IMG/VR virus record: IMGVR_UViG_3300030372_000635
Coordinates: 1-56,980 of that record
Reading direction: 5' to 3' (one strand)
From: a virus
Taxonomy: Duplodnaviria > Caudoviricetes
DNA: 56,980 nucleotides
Positions 37,132 to 47,354 of the stretch are shown here, piece by piece. Below the pieces are notes generated by a model, which ran no database searches, was not told the origin of the DNA, and saw only the letters and a program-made list of their open reading frames with translations. The position numbers and the translations under genes are program-made. Every line of letters begins with the position of its first letter. Positions within the stretch are counted from its first letter, which is position 1.

Positions 37132-39675
37132 CTACTTTTTGTTTCTACGTTTTGGTCTTTGTATTAATCCTCCTTTATTTTGTGGTCCAATTTTATCTGC
37201 ACCACCTTTTCCAGTTCCAACATCAGTACCCGGTTTCATTTTAGAACCAGATAATCCAGTTGCTGTTTTAGTGCTTACACCTGCTTTTACTGCTGATGCC
37301 ATTTGTTGATTTTTAACTGTTGGACTAAAATCACTTGTATTAGGATTATCATCATCAGCACGATCTTTTCCAGTCTTATTTTCAGAAGCAAATTTTTTCC
37401 TCCAGTTAGGATCAACACCACCTCCACCTCCACCATTACCACCACCAGTAGTAGTAGTAGTTTTACCAATCTGTGACCAAGTTTGATTAGACTTATTTAA
37501 AGCATCTTTAATACGTGTAACAGTTCCACTAAAAACACTTTTTCCTATTTTACTTTCTAAAAACTTTTTTGTAGCAAAACTTGATTCATTTTCTAAGTGA
37601 TCTGCTATTTGTTTATTAATAGCATCAGCTTCATCAATATAGCCTGCAGCTCTTGCTGCTTGTTCCATAATAGTAGCTTTAGCAATACCATCTATGTCTA
37701 TCATTTCATTAACTAATAAACCTGCAGGACCTAGTGCCATCATACTAAAAGCACCAAAAAACTTTTCTCCCATATCTCTACCTAAAGCTTTTTTAGCTTC
37801 ACCTGTAAAGTTATTACCTTTCCAAGTTGTAAAATCTACATCTTTTAGATACTGAGGAACTTCAGGTTCTGTGCTTTTTTTACCTCCACTATCATCTCTA
37901 TCTTTAGCAACTTCTTGTTGAGTTGGTGTTGGTTTATTTAAAGACCAAGGTGGTTGAGTAAACTGTAAATCACTAGCAGGAGTTACAACACCATTAACAA
38001 AAGTAATTACCTTAGACTCACCAGTTTGTCCATGATAATAAGTCATAGTAGTTTTATTCTGTTGTGGTTGACCTTGACCTTGACCTGTTTGATAAATAGG
38101 ACTAGCAGGAGTAAATCCTAAAACACTATAGTCTTGAGGATTAAACGTAGGTTGTGATGCATTTATTGCCTTTTGATCTGCACTAACACCACCATTATCA
38201 AATCCAACAACACCACCTGTAGCTTTCTTCTCTTTATTGTCTTTATCTTTTTGACCAAAAGCTATCATGGTCATATCTACTTCTACTGGTTCACCACCTA
38301 TTCTACCTGTAGCTTCCATCTCTGCAAGACCACGCTTTGCTTCTCCACGTAACTCTTCAAAAAACTTTACACCATAATACTGAACAACATCTGCAGGAAC
38401 AACATACTCACCATCACTTAATTGTGCAGGTATATCATCACGGACTTCTTTAGCTAATGATCCCGGAGGTATTTCATTACCACTAACAGGATCTCTATCT
38501 AGTCCATCATCTTTCATTCCACCTTCTTCAAATAGACTCATCTGTTGTTCCATGCTCATTCCACCTTTATTAAATTGATTAGCAACATCACTTCTAATCT
38601 GTTTTCTGTTGTAAATTAAATCTTCAGCTTGTTTTAAATTTAAGTAAGCTGAACTAGATTCTATCTCGTTTTTAAGTTTATATCGTTCTTTTTCTAATGG
38701 CAAAAGTTCTTTATCAACTAATCTGCTTTGAAATTCAAACGCTTCACGAGCATTTTTAAATTGTTCTGAATTACGGCCAAATTTTTTAAAAGCTTCTTGT
38801 ACCTTTTCATCATATGAGCGAAGTTCTTTGCCTCGTATTTCATTCATCTTTCTTGATATTTCAATATCTTTTTTAAATGTTGGATCGTTTTCAAGAATAA
38901 GTTGTAGTCTATCAAGTTCTTGTCGTTCTTTTACAGTAGGTTTATATACAGAGGGAATATCTTTAGCTATTTGTTTTCCAACTGATTCAGCTTTAAACTG
39001 TTTTTCTCTTTCATAAACATTAGAAAGTAACGCCTCTTTGAATTTTTTCTTAGCATCTGATGAAAGTGAGCTTTTTGCTAACGCTTGATCTATACTCATT
39101 GCATATGCAGATTGTAAGTTAGATCTTTGAGAATCTGCAGTAGCTTTAGCTACACCTGCTTCTTCTAATCTTTTAGTTATACCTTCAGGAGAAGAATCTT
39201 GACTAAGAAGATTTTCTAAAGAAGTTCCTGTAAAAGTTTGATTTACAGAATCAGAAGTTTTTTGTTTAGACTTCTGCTGTTCTTTAGCAAAATTTTCTTG
39301 AAGTGTCTTACTTAAATCAGCAGCTGAAACAGCCATTGACAATTGTTCAGGTGGTGGTGCAGTATCAGTAGCTATTTCATCTGGTTCAACAGTTGTTGTT
39401 GTAGGAGCAGGATCAATACTACGAACTTGTGTTGCCTCAACTGGAGCTGCAGCAACAAGACTAAAACTTTCAGGAGGTGGAGCAGTTTCAGTAACTGTCT
39501 CATCTGGTTCAACAGTTTTTGTTTTAGGAGCAGGATCACGCTGAAGTGTTTGTTCAGCAAGAATTTTAGTATCTACTTTATCTTCTTCCTTGTCATATAC
39601 AATCTGTCCATCAACAATAGTACCTTTATGAGCTTTAATAGGTCTTCTTACTAAACCACTCATCTGTTGTTCCAT
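37132..39675 (-). CDS. large putative internal virion protein with DDIPAQLSDGEYVVPADVV domain
   Basis: 847 aa, low-complexity flanks, several [F/Q]xxGG motifs, repeated MEQQMS. Confidence 0.7.
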   Translation of the reverse strand: MEQQMSGLVRRPIKAHKGTIVDGQIVYDKEEDKVDTKILAEQTLQRDPAPKTKTVEPDETVTETAPPPESFSLVAAAPVEATQVRSIDPAPTTTTVEPDEIATDTAPPPEQLSMAVSAADLSKTLQENFAKEQQKSKQKTSDSVNQTFTGTSLENLLSQDSSPEGITKRLEEAGVAKATADSQRSNLQSAYAMSIDQALAKSSLSSDAKKKFKEALLSNVYEREKQFKAESVGKQIAKDIPSVYKPTVKERQELDRLQLILENDPTFKKDIEISRKMNEIRGKELRSYDEKVQEAFKKFGRNSEQFKNAREAFEFQSRLVDKELLPLEKERYKLKNEIESSSAYLNLKQAEDLIYNRKQIRSDVANQFNKGGMSMEQQMSLFEEGGMKDDGLDRDPVSGNEIPPGSLAKEVRDDIPAQLSDGEYVVPADVVQYYGVKFFEELRGEAKRGLAEMEATGRIGGEPVEVDMTMIAFGQKDKDNKEKKATGGVVGFDNGGVSADQKAINASQPTFNPQDYSVLGFTPASPIYQTGQGQGQPQQNKTTMTYYHGQTGESKVITFVNGVVTPASDLQFTQPPWSLNKPTPTQQEVAKDRDDSGGKKSTEPEVPQYLKDVDFTTWKGNNFTGEAKKALGRDMGEKFFGAFSMMALGPAGLLVNEMIDIDGIAKATIMEQAARAAGYIDEADAINKQIADHLENESSFATKKFLESKIGKSVFSGTVTRIKDALNKSNQTWSQIGKTTTTTGGGNGGGGGGVDPNWRKKFASENKTGKDRADDDNPNTSDFSPTVKNQQMASAVKAGVSTKTATGLSGSKMKPGTDVGTGKGGADKIGPQNKGGLIQRPKRRNKK

Positions 39676-39685
39676 TTAGTATCTC

Positions 39686-42652
39686 CTAAAATTTGTATTC
39701 ATTATCTATAGTAATTGACTGACCCGGACCTTGTATATATTGTGGTATTTTATCTGTACCAATTTTAAACTCAGCTGCAACTCTAGTAGCATCTATCTCA
39801 GACATTTCTAATGGTTTATCAAAACTATAATCAGTAATTTGTAAAAGTTTATGTAAAATAGTTCTTTCTTCTATATTAAAATCATTTCTAGTTTTACGTT
39901 TTAAAATTTTAGCACCTGATGTTGGATCTATTGATTCTGAGACAGATTTAATATTTTTAAATATTTCTTTTTCTTTAGGGGTCATAAAGTTATTAAATAG
40001 ATTTGAATTCATTTTAGTCTCCATTATAAATCTACTTAAAAATCCAGACTGAAGTTCTTCTATTTGTGGAACAATAGTTTCTAATCCTATCTTATTTAAT
40101 CCATTTATAAAAGGATCTGCTTCTAATAAAGAACCCTTCTGAAGTCCTGTAAAAAACATTTTTTGAAAATCTTGATACGTTATTGCTTCAGCTATTGCTA
40201 GTGATAAATTATCTGCATCTAAATCTTTTTCAATAGCTGATCCTTTAAATTTAGTATTTCTTAAATCTTTTAATAAAGAAGAATTTTTAATATTTTTTTG
40301 TAACTTAGATACAAAATCTTCTATAGTATCTATACCTGATTCTAAATCTGTTAATTTTGATGGATCTATCCCACCCTTAGAAGTAAGATCAGTAAATTTT
40401 ATTTCAGGATTTTTGCCCGTTATTAGTAAATCAAATAAAGTTAATCTTGCTGCAGCACCGGCAGGTTTAGAAGCAGAAGACGGTCTTGTTCTCATACCAA
40501 TAAACTTATTCACCATTTCAAGATAAGCATCTTTACTTAATTGATAAGGAGGAATTTTCTTTCTTGACTCAAAGGGTAAATTTAATCTAGCTTGAACTAA
40601 TCTAGCTTCAACTTCTGCTAAGTCATTAAGATATGTAAAATGTTGTTTTATATTATGAAATACATTTCCCTCTTTAAGATCATTAAAATATTTTTGAGGA
40701 TCTTTCATAAGTTCAGATTTTTTATTAAATGTAGATGTTGACATAAACTCTTCTGCAGGAGCACCAATCTTTTCCATTAATTCATACTGCAATTTTTTTG
40801 ATAACACTTCAGCTGCTTTAGGACTTAATTTTATTGGTGAAGGAGCATTACTACCTGCTAATGTAGGATATTCAGTAGGACTTACTTTAGCAAGATCTGA
40901 TACAATATCATATTCTCCATTTCTGTAAAACTGTATATAATAATCAGGCAATGATCTATATAAAGGATGACCCGGAGTAATACCATATTTACCTAAATTA
41001 TTAAAAGTATTAATTCTACTAGCCACTTCTCTAGCATTTTCCATCCTAGCTACATTAAATGTTTGCTTAATACCACTATGTCTACCAAAATCTAGAAAGT
41101 TATTCTTTCCTTGTATTACATGTTGTATTTCGTGAAATAAAGTACTTATAATAGATTCTTGAGTGGCATCTGTAATATTATTATTTAATTTATTTCCATT
41201 CATAATAATATTAATATCCTCTGGATCACCTACAAGATTTTTAATGTTTAATTCTATTATCCCTCTAGGATCATCTATTATTTTACCATAACTGTTCATA
41301 GATCCTTTTGGAACATATTGACCATTTACTCCCATTGCTTCACCAGATTTAGTAAATTGAATATTAAGAGTTTTTAATTCTGGAAACAGCTTAAATAAGT
41401 CAACATGTTTAATTAAATCTTGCAATTGTATAGCAGGATCTCCTTTTTTTGGATTTAATGAAGATAAATGCATTCTGTGTAACATTGTATTATAAGGAGT
41501 AACATCTGCAAAATCGCCTACATTATTTAAAGGATAATTAAATTTAATACCACTATTATCTATTTCAGTAAACAATACATTATTTTTTCCCGGCATCCAA
41601 CCAGTCTTAACCCATATCTCATTTAATCTTCTATTAACATTTACTTGATCATTTGGTTGTAATAATTTAATATCATTAAATATATCACCTTTAGCATCTA
41701 AAGCTTTTGGATATATTTCTTTTTTATAAAGATTGTTTATTGATCTTTTTGCTATTCTATAAGAAAGTTTACTACCCCAACCAAATCTTCTACCAATTTT
41801 ACTTAAATCAGGATCTTTTATATTTAAAGAAGCTGTTTTAGTTGTTTTACCTTGAACAGGTACAAATATAGGGTTAATATTATTTAGTAAATTATTTTTA
41901 TTTTGTGGATTAGTATTAATATTTTTACTAATACCTGAAGAGATAGGTTGTAAACTTCCATTATCAGGTGGAAAATTATTATTTAAAAATTCTTGTACAC
42001 CCTTACCTGCATTATAAACACCTTTACTAGTTAAATTAACAGCACCTTTTAAAGCTTGACCTCCCGGTATTGCTTCTGAAACAACTAAAGCATCATATAA
42101 AGCTAAAGATCTTAAACGAGTTACTTCATCATCTGTCGCTTCGTTAATATTAATCCCTTCTCTTTTAGCATAATCATTTAATGTATCCATAAAAAGTTGT
42201 TTAGTAGATGTACTAAAATGCTCTACATAATTAACTGCTCCTTCTGCAGCATAATTTATAAAACCTTGTTGTGCAGCATCTTTAAATTCATCAAATACAC
42301 CACTAGCTGCTGCTTGAATAAAACCCTGAGGATCTTTTCTTATACCATCTTTCATTTTTTCTACAGCATCATTATACTCAGGATCAAGATCCATTCCTGC
42401 TAATTTTTTTGCAAAAGGTTTAAACAAAGGGAGAGTATAATGTTGTCCTAGTTCTGCTAAACCACTAACTAAACTAACAACATTGTTTGCTGCTATAGAT
42501 CCATAAGATTTACCTTTAGATTTAAGAGGATCTAAATTATAAATATAGGGTCTTGTTTCTTTAGCATTAAACTTTAAATTAGCATAATCCTCTTCACTCA
42601 TAGATTCATAATTATGTAGAGGAGATTGATTATTCAACTGATTTGTTTGCAT
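39686..42652 (-). CDS. polyvalent-type protein: LPD23-like domain + zincin metallopeptidase
   Basis: IWVKTGW.PG....FTEID; STLFHEIQHVIQ (HExxH) and downstream Y...AEVEARLVQ.R. Confidence 0.75.
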   Translation of the reverse strand: MQTNQLNNQSPLHNYESMSEEDYANLKFNAKETRPYIYNLDPLKSKGKSYGSIAANNVVSLVSGLAELGQHYTLPLFKPFAKKLAGMDLDPEYNDAVEKMKDGIRKDPQGFIQAAASGVFDEFKDAAQQGFINYAAEGAVNYVEHFSTSTKQLFMDTLNDYAKREGININEATDDEVTRLRSLALYDALVVSEAIPGGQALKGAVNLTSKGVYNAGKGVQEFLNNNFPPDNGSLQPISSGISKNINTNPQNKNNLLNNINPIFVPVQGKTTKTASLNIKDPDLSKIGRRFGWGSKLSYRIAKRSINNLYKKEIYPKALDAKGDIFNDIKLLQPNDQVNVNRRLNEIWVKTGWMPGKNNVLFTEIDNSGIKFNYPLNNVGDFADVTPYNTMLHRMHLSSLNPKKGDPAIQLQDLIKHVDLFKLFPELKTLNIQFTKSGEAMGVNGQYVPKGSMNSYGKIIDDPRGIIELNIKNLVGDPEDINIIMNGNKLNNNITDATQESIISTLFHEIQHVIQGKNNFLDFGRHSGIKQTFNVARMENAREVASRINTFNNLGKYGITPGHPLYRSLPDYYIQFYRNGEYDIVSDLAKVSPTEYPTLAGSNAPSPIKLSPKAAEVLSKKLQYELMEKIGAPAEEFMSTSTFNKKSELMKDPQKYFNDLKEGNVFHNIKQHFTYLNDLAEVEARLVQARLNLPFESRKKIPPYQLSKDAYLEMVNKFIGMRTRPSSASKPAGAAARLTLFDLLITGKNPEIKFTDLTSKGGIDPSKLTDLESGIDTIEDFVSKLQKNIKNSSLLKDLRNTKFKGSAIEKDLDADNLSLAIAEAITYQDFQKMFFTGLQKGSLLEADPFINGLNKIGLETIVPQIEELQSGFLSRFIMETKMNSNLFNNFMTPKEKEIFKNIKSVSESIDPTSGAKILKRKTRNDFNIEERTILHKLLQITDYSFDKPLEMSEIDATRVAAEFKIGTDKIPQYIQGPGQSITIDNEYKF

Positions 42653-42842
42653 TACTATTTAACTCATCTCTAAGATATTTCATTCTACGTAAACAAGCAA
42701 TAGATCCCTGTAGTTTATACACCATAGAAACTTCTGTTGCTTGCTCTAGTGATTTATGTTGTTTAGCTATAGCATCATCTATATACTCTACAAATGCATC
42801 CCATAGTTCTTTATCAGTAGTAAGTTTTCTTAATATCATCAT
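42630..42842 (-). CDS. small conserved protein downstream of portal
   Basis: LEQA....VYKLQG.I..LRR...LRD. Confidence 0.75.
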   Translation of the reverse strand: MMILRKLTTDKELWDAFVEYIDDAIAKQHKSLEQATEVSMVYKLQGSIACLRRMKYLRDELNSNANKSVE

Positions 42843-44959
42843 TATTGTATAGGTCCTTGATCACCAGTAAATCCGGGTTCTTGTGGAGTTGGTACTGAAC
42901 CAGTTCCTATTGTACCACCACCAGAGCCTTGTGTATCTTCTACCTGTCCACCCGGAGGTGCAGGTGGTTGACCTTGTTGTTGTGGCATCATTCCTTGTGG
43001 GGGTGCAGGAGGTGGATTTTGTGCTTGAAACTTTTTAAGTATCTCTGCTTGTACAGCAGCTTGACTCATAGAGTTAGCTACCTTATCAGGATCAAGATCC
43101 ATACTCTTAGCAATCTCTCTAACAATATAATCCATTCTAGCAAAAGGTGCAAGAGCAGGATTAGATACTGTTTGCATAAACTGCATAAGTCTTTGACTTC
43201 TAACTTCATTAGCCATTAAACTTTCTGTACCTTGAGCTTTAACTTCAAGATCACCTTTAATAGCTGGGTCAAAGTCAAACTGCATATTAAAATTAAAAAA
43301 TGCTTTACCTAGTGGTCCTAATAAATAGTCATCTACATTTTTAATAACATTACGAATAGAACCATTAGCTGCATTCATTAACATGGATATACCAGAAGCA
43401 GTTCTACCTACACCCTGTATACCTGTTTGTCCATGAGCAAATGAAGGAAAACCAGTAGACTCATCTGAAAGTTGTCTAGCTTTATCAAACATCTGCATAT
43501 TTTCACCGGCTACATTAGGAAACTTAGTTCCAAAGATTCCCTGTCCGGGAGCACCACCCTGTCTTCTAAATACTTTTCCGGGATATACTGTAAGATCTTG
43601 TCCGGGAACTAGGTTAGTCTCATCTACTTCTATTAACAAGTTTCCTGATAGTGCAGCATTATCTACACTCATTCTCATAAAACCATTCATAAGAGTTTGT
43701 GTATCATCCATGTTTTCTGCAATACCTACACCAAATATATTATATGGATTCATTTCATAAGGTGTAGCATAATAAGGTAGATAAGCAGGAGTAAATGGAT
43801 TCATTACTAATCTTAATACACAACTGTTACAAACCCATGCATTAACACTTACTTGCTCTACATCTTTTAATTCTTTAGGTATATCTATATCATATTGTTC
43901 TATGATCTCTCTATCTACAAAACCCCAGAACTCTAATACTTCAAATCGTTGAGAATAATCATCTTCATTACTCTCATCCATTGCGTGTTCCCACCATTCT
44001 TTATTGTAGTTCTCACCTATCTCTAATGCTTTATCAATAGCATTTTCTCTAAAGAAAGGTCTACGTTTTAATGCACGTAGTTGTGAACGAGACATCTTGT
44101 GTCTCTCTATAACATACTCTGCTTCATCCATATTGTTTGCATCTGGATCAGGATAGAAGTTCCAGATAGAAACATTAGAAGTTTGTGGTACAGTTTTAAA
44201 TACTGGATTGTATTCACCTTCTTCATCCCAATTAGGATATTCTTTATCAACTGCAAAAGGCCCTTTCATAATACCAGTACCAAATAAGGCAGCTTCAAAA
44301 GCAGCAGATCTTAATTGTTTCTTAGCATTAGACTCTTCTAATTGATCATGTATTTTCTTTTCCATCTTTTTAGCTGCAATCATTGCAGGGTGAAACTGCA
44401 CAGCAGATGGACTTTTACCCGGTTTAAACTCTACATCTTCCTCAACTGCGCTCAGATCGTCTTTAAGAGGCCCTACACGGTCATTAAATTCTGGCAGTGT
44501 CTCCCCCGGCAAAAGTTGATTCGGGTCTGTAGCACCCGTTTCTGTCTCTCCTAGAGCCTCTTTGAGTTGTGGGTTAGTTTCTACACTAACTGTATCTTCA
44601 ACTCCTTCAGGTAAAACTGTAGGATTAATACCTAATGGAAAACGATTACCACCAAATAATACTTCTACTAGTTGTCCATAAGCAGCTAGTACTTTTGTTT
44701 TAGTAACCTTTACAAATACTCTTGACTTTTCTGTAGAAGTAAACTGAACTTCAGGACCATAAAGACCTCTATAGTTTCTGTAAGATTGTATCCATCTTTC
44801 TTCATCACTTCTTCTGGCAGTTTCTGCTTTGCTAAATTTTTCTTTTATAAATCTTTCTATCTGACCTGCAGGTTCATCATTGAGAGCATCTGCTTCAACA
44901 TCATCTATTGCTGCAGATTCTTCAGCATCCATTGCCATTTCTTGTAAATCTTTTACCAT
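42842..44959 (-). CDS. portal protein
   Basis: 705 aa after TerL; YRNYRG, KSRVFVKVTKTKV, FYPDP, FGVGIAENM, GRTASG. Confidence 0.92.
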   Translation of the reverse strand: MVKDLQEMAMDAEESAAIDDVEADALNDEPAGQIERFIKEKFSKAETARRSDEERWIQSYRNYRGLYGPEVQFTSTEKSRVFVKVTKTKVLAAYGQLVEVLFGGNRFPLGINPTVLPEGVEDTVSVETNPQLKEALGETETGATDPNQLLPGETLPEFNDRVGPLKDDLSAVEEDVEFKPGKSPSAVQFHPAMIAAKKMEKKIHDQLEESNAKKQLRSAAFEAALFGTGIMKGPFAVDKEYPNWDEEGEYNPVFKTVPQTSNVSIWNFYPDPDANNMDEAEYVIERHKMSRSQLRALKRRPFFRENAIDKALEIGENYNKEWWEHAMDESNEDDYSQRFEVLEFWGFVDREIIEQYDIDIPKELKDVEQVSVNAWVCNSCVLRLVMNPFTPAYLPYYATPYEMNPYNIFGVGIAENMDDTQTLMNGFMRMSVDNAALSGNLLIEVDETNLVPGQDLTVYPGKVFRRQGGAPGQGIFGTKFPNVAGENMQMFDKARQLSDESTGFPSFAHGQTGIQGVGRTASGISMLMNAANGSIRNVIKNVDDYLLGPLGKAFFNFNMQFDFDPAIKGDLEVKAQGTESLMANEVRSQRLMQFMQTVSNPALAPFARMDYIVREIAKSMDLDPDKVANSMSQAAVQAEILKKFQAQNPPPAPPQGMMPQQQGQPPAPPGGQVEDTQGSGGGTIGTGSVPTPQEPGFTGDQGPIQ

Positions 44960-44968
44960 AGTCTATCC

Positions 44969-46513
44969 TTAATATCCAAATGTTGCATCAGCTGCTTGAA
45001 ATCCAGTTCTTTGTGTTTCTGGATTATAGTCAAATAAATTACTTCTTGGTCTTGTCATTATCCCATATCTTAAAGCATCATATAAGTGGTCTTCTGAATT
45101 AGTATCTACATCTTCAGCATTATTTTTATCAAGAGGTATTATCGGTAGTTGCGAGATAATATTTGTGCAGTTATTAAAAAACACCAATCTAGGTGCTTCG
45201 GTAAATTCATCAATTTGTAGTCTTCTGTGAATCTCGTTTTTTCCTGCAATTCTACTCCCTTTACTTCTATCAGATGGTCTCCATCTGCACCCCTTAATAA
45301 TCATTTGTTCTGCCAAAGATGGGCCAGTGTCACCACGCCTATGCCAAAGAGAGCTATCAAGTACACCGTAACGTATAGTTCCATCTTCTTGCTCTGCCTC
45401 CAATACCATGTCTGCTAAATCAGTTGCTAATACTTTAGAAACATACAATTCTCTATAGACAATTAACTGCTCGTCAGGAGCAACTGCAAACCAGAGAACG
45501 CCTGTATAACTTCCGTAGCCATAGTCACAGGCTCTGAACTTAGTCCAACTACTAGGTATATCGTAAGGCTCAACAACATGAGTGGCTCTGTTCCACTCAG
45601 GAAAAGCTGATCCTTCACTAACATCCCAATTTCCTTCTAATAACTGTTTTCTTTGACTTTCTGGAAGTGAAAGTAAGTTGGCCTCGTACACTCCATCTTC
45701 TGATAAATAAGGATTATCAAATAATGTAGCAGGTATAAATCTTCTTTTAAATAATGGTTCACCTTCTTTACTATGACCTTTAGGCCACATAAGAGGTTTA
45801 CCTGTGTCTATATCTGTTGCCCAAAAAGATGAGCCATAAGGTGCAGGGTCTACAAACATTTTCTTTACCCATTGATGTCCCGGACCTCCGGGGTTTGTAG
45901 TAGCCCTCATGTAGATAGGTAAACTAGTATCACTAGTACGAAGACGACTGCGTAAGTAATTCCAAGCATACGGAGTAGACCATTGTGTAAGTTCATCAAA
46001 CCCTATCCAACTAAATGCCTGACCTTGATATCTTGTTACGTCATCATCTCTATCTAAGTAAGATAACCAAAGAGTTGCTCCAGAAGGTGCTACCCAAGTC
46101 TTATCTCTTTCTAAAAACTTTATATCAGGAACAGCTTGAGGGTATAATTGTTTAGAAACTGATATAAGTTCTCTTAGTTCTTCTGTTGTACGTCTTACTA
46201 ATAATCCTCTAAAGTTTGGATTACTAAAATATCGTACTGGATCTGCAAGCATTGCATAACTTTTACCACCACCTGCTGATCCTCCATATAATACTTCACG
46301 TTCTCCTGCTGATAGAAAGTCTGTCTGTGGACCTTTATTAGGTTCAAATATTATTTCTGTTGGTTTTTCTTCAGGCTGACTGTAAACTTTCTGTTGAACT
46401 GGCTGTTCTTCCAATTCTTTCTTTGGAGAGTCTTTTTTCTTTTTGTAACGCTTCTTTGTACCTCTTAGCGAGGTAGCTTTGAGCTGAAGCATTTGACTTA
46501 CGTTTTTGTTCAA
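44969..46513 (-). CDS. terL: terminase large subunit (true start uncertain)
   Basis: YGGSAGGGKS Walker A, GFDELTQW Walker B, TNPGGPGH, nuclease DYGY and EDHLYDALRY. Confidence 0.95.
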   Translation of the reverse strand: MNKNVSQMLQLKATSLRGTKKRYKKKKDSPKKELEEQPVQQKVYSQPEEKPTEIIFEPNKGPQTDFLSAGEREVLYGGSAGGGKSYAMLADPVRYFSNPNFRGLLVRRTTEELRELISVSKQLYPQAVPDIKFLERDKTWVAPSGATLWLSYLDRDDDVTRYQGQAFSWIGFDELTQWSTPYAWNYLRSRLRTSDTSLPIYMRATTNPGGPGHQWVKKMFVDPAPYGSSFWATDIDTGKPLMWPKGHSKEGEPLFKRRFIPATLFDNPYLSEDGVYEANLLSLPESQRKQLLEGNWDVSEGSAFPEWNRATHVVEPYDIPSSWTKFRACDYGYGSYTGVLWFAVAPDEQLIVYRELYVSKVLATDLADMVLEAEQEDGTIRYGVLDSSLWHRRGDTGPSLAEQMIIKGCRWRPSDRSKGSRIAGKNEIHRRLQIDEFTEAPRLVFFNNCTNIISQLPIIPLDKNNAEDVDTNSEDHLYDALRYGIMTRPRSNLFDYNPETQRTGFQAADATFGY

Positions 46514-46790
46514 TTCTAATTCTCTTCATTAAACCTACATGAGATATTTCTCTACCTGACTCTTTACTTAACCAATTAGCAACTTGTCTATAACTATATT
46601 GTCTAATATACTTTTTTGCTTTTTCAAGTAACTCTAACTCTGTAGGAATAGGTAATAATATATCTCTATCATTCTCATCTTGTTTATAGCCAAAAGGTAT
46701 AACCCTTCCAACTCTAACTACAGGTTGCCAATCATAGCCATACTCTGTCTTTTCAGGCTTAGGTAATTTCCAAGTTTTATCAATCTTCAT
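46371..46790 (-). CDS. DNA-binding protein resembling a serine-recombinase DNA-binding (PFGY/HTH) domain
   Basis: GRVIPFGY...SYRQVANWL...ISHVGL. Confidence 0.6.
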   Translation of the reverse strand: MKIDKTWKLPKPEKTEYGYDWQPVVRVGRVIPFGYKQDENDRDILLPIPTELELLEKAKKYIRQYSYRQVANWLSKESGREISHVGLMKRIRIEQKRKSNASAQSYLAKRYKEALQKEKRLSKERIGRTASSTESLQSA

Positions 46791-47142
46791 TTTTAGGTGG
46801 TAATATAAATAATGGATTTGCAGCTGATACTTCTACTTTATCAGTCTTAACAAATCCACCTCTATCTAATATATCTTTTGCTGCAATCATTCTTTCTTTA
46901 TTACCAAGATCTGTAGGATTATCTATAACCTCAGCTAAAGAGTAAGCAGCCTTAGTAGCTGTAGTTGCTAAAAACTTTTTAGTTAAGTCTGCTATCTCAT
47001 CTTGTAATGCATTAGTAATAGTAGAAGTAGCTAAGTCATGACTATATCCTGCGAGTTTTTTAGCTGTAACAGGATTACCTTTTGCTTCTTCAAACAATAC
47101 ATCAAGAAACTTCTGTTGCTTTTCTGTTAGTTGTCTAGCCAT
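46780..47142 (-). CDS. terS: terminase small subunit
   Basis: LTEKQQKF...GN...A...AGYS helix-turn-helix, AAKDILDR.G. Confidence 0.75.
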   Translation of the reverse strand: MARQLTEKQQKFLDVLFEEAKGNPVTAKKLAGYSHDLATSTITNALQDEIADLTKKFLATTATKAAYSLAEVIDNPTDLGNKERMIAAKDILDRGGFVKTDKVEVSAANPLFILPPKNED

Positions 47143-47354
47143 TATGTATCTACCTTATCTGGTTGTTCTGTTCCCGGAATAACTTGACAAAAAGGTCTTG
47201 CTTGAAATACTTGAGGGTATGTAATAGCTTTGTTTGCTTTAGCAATAGAATCTTCAAAACACTTTTCTTTACTTGTATGTAAGTCATTACCTGTTATTAC
47301 CATACATGATGATGCATTCATACTAGCACACAGGATCATTATTGACATCCACAT
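47142..47354 (-). CDS. small Cys-containing exported/membrane protein
   Basis: 70 aa, hydrophobic N-terminus, four Cys; TAATG coupling on both sides. Confidence 0.65.
   Translation of the reverse strand: MWMSIMILCASMNASSCMVITGNDLHTSKEKCFEDSIAKANKAITYPQVFQARPFCQVIPGTEQPDKVDT

Noticed and set aside
46420-46450. Programmed -1 frameshift fusing the 139-aa ORF to terL at the A-rich run
   Set aside because: terL is in the +1 frame relative to that ORF and no correctly phased X XXY YYZ heptamer is present
2460-46513. Inteins or introns in helicase, polA, nrdJ or terL
   Set aside because: Lengths are compact, motifs are contiguous and no splice-junction or homing endonuclease signatures were seen
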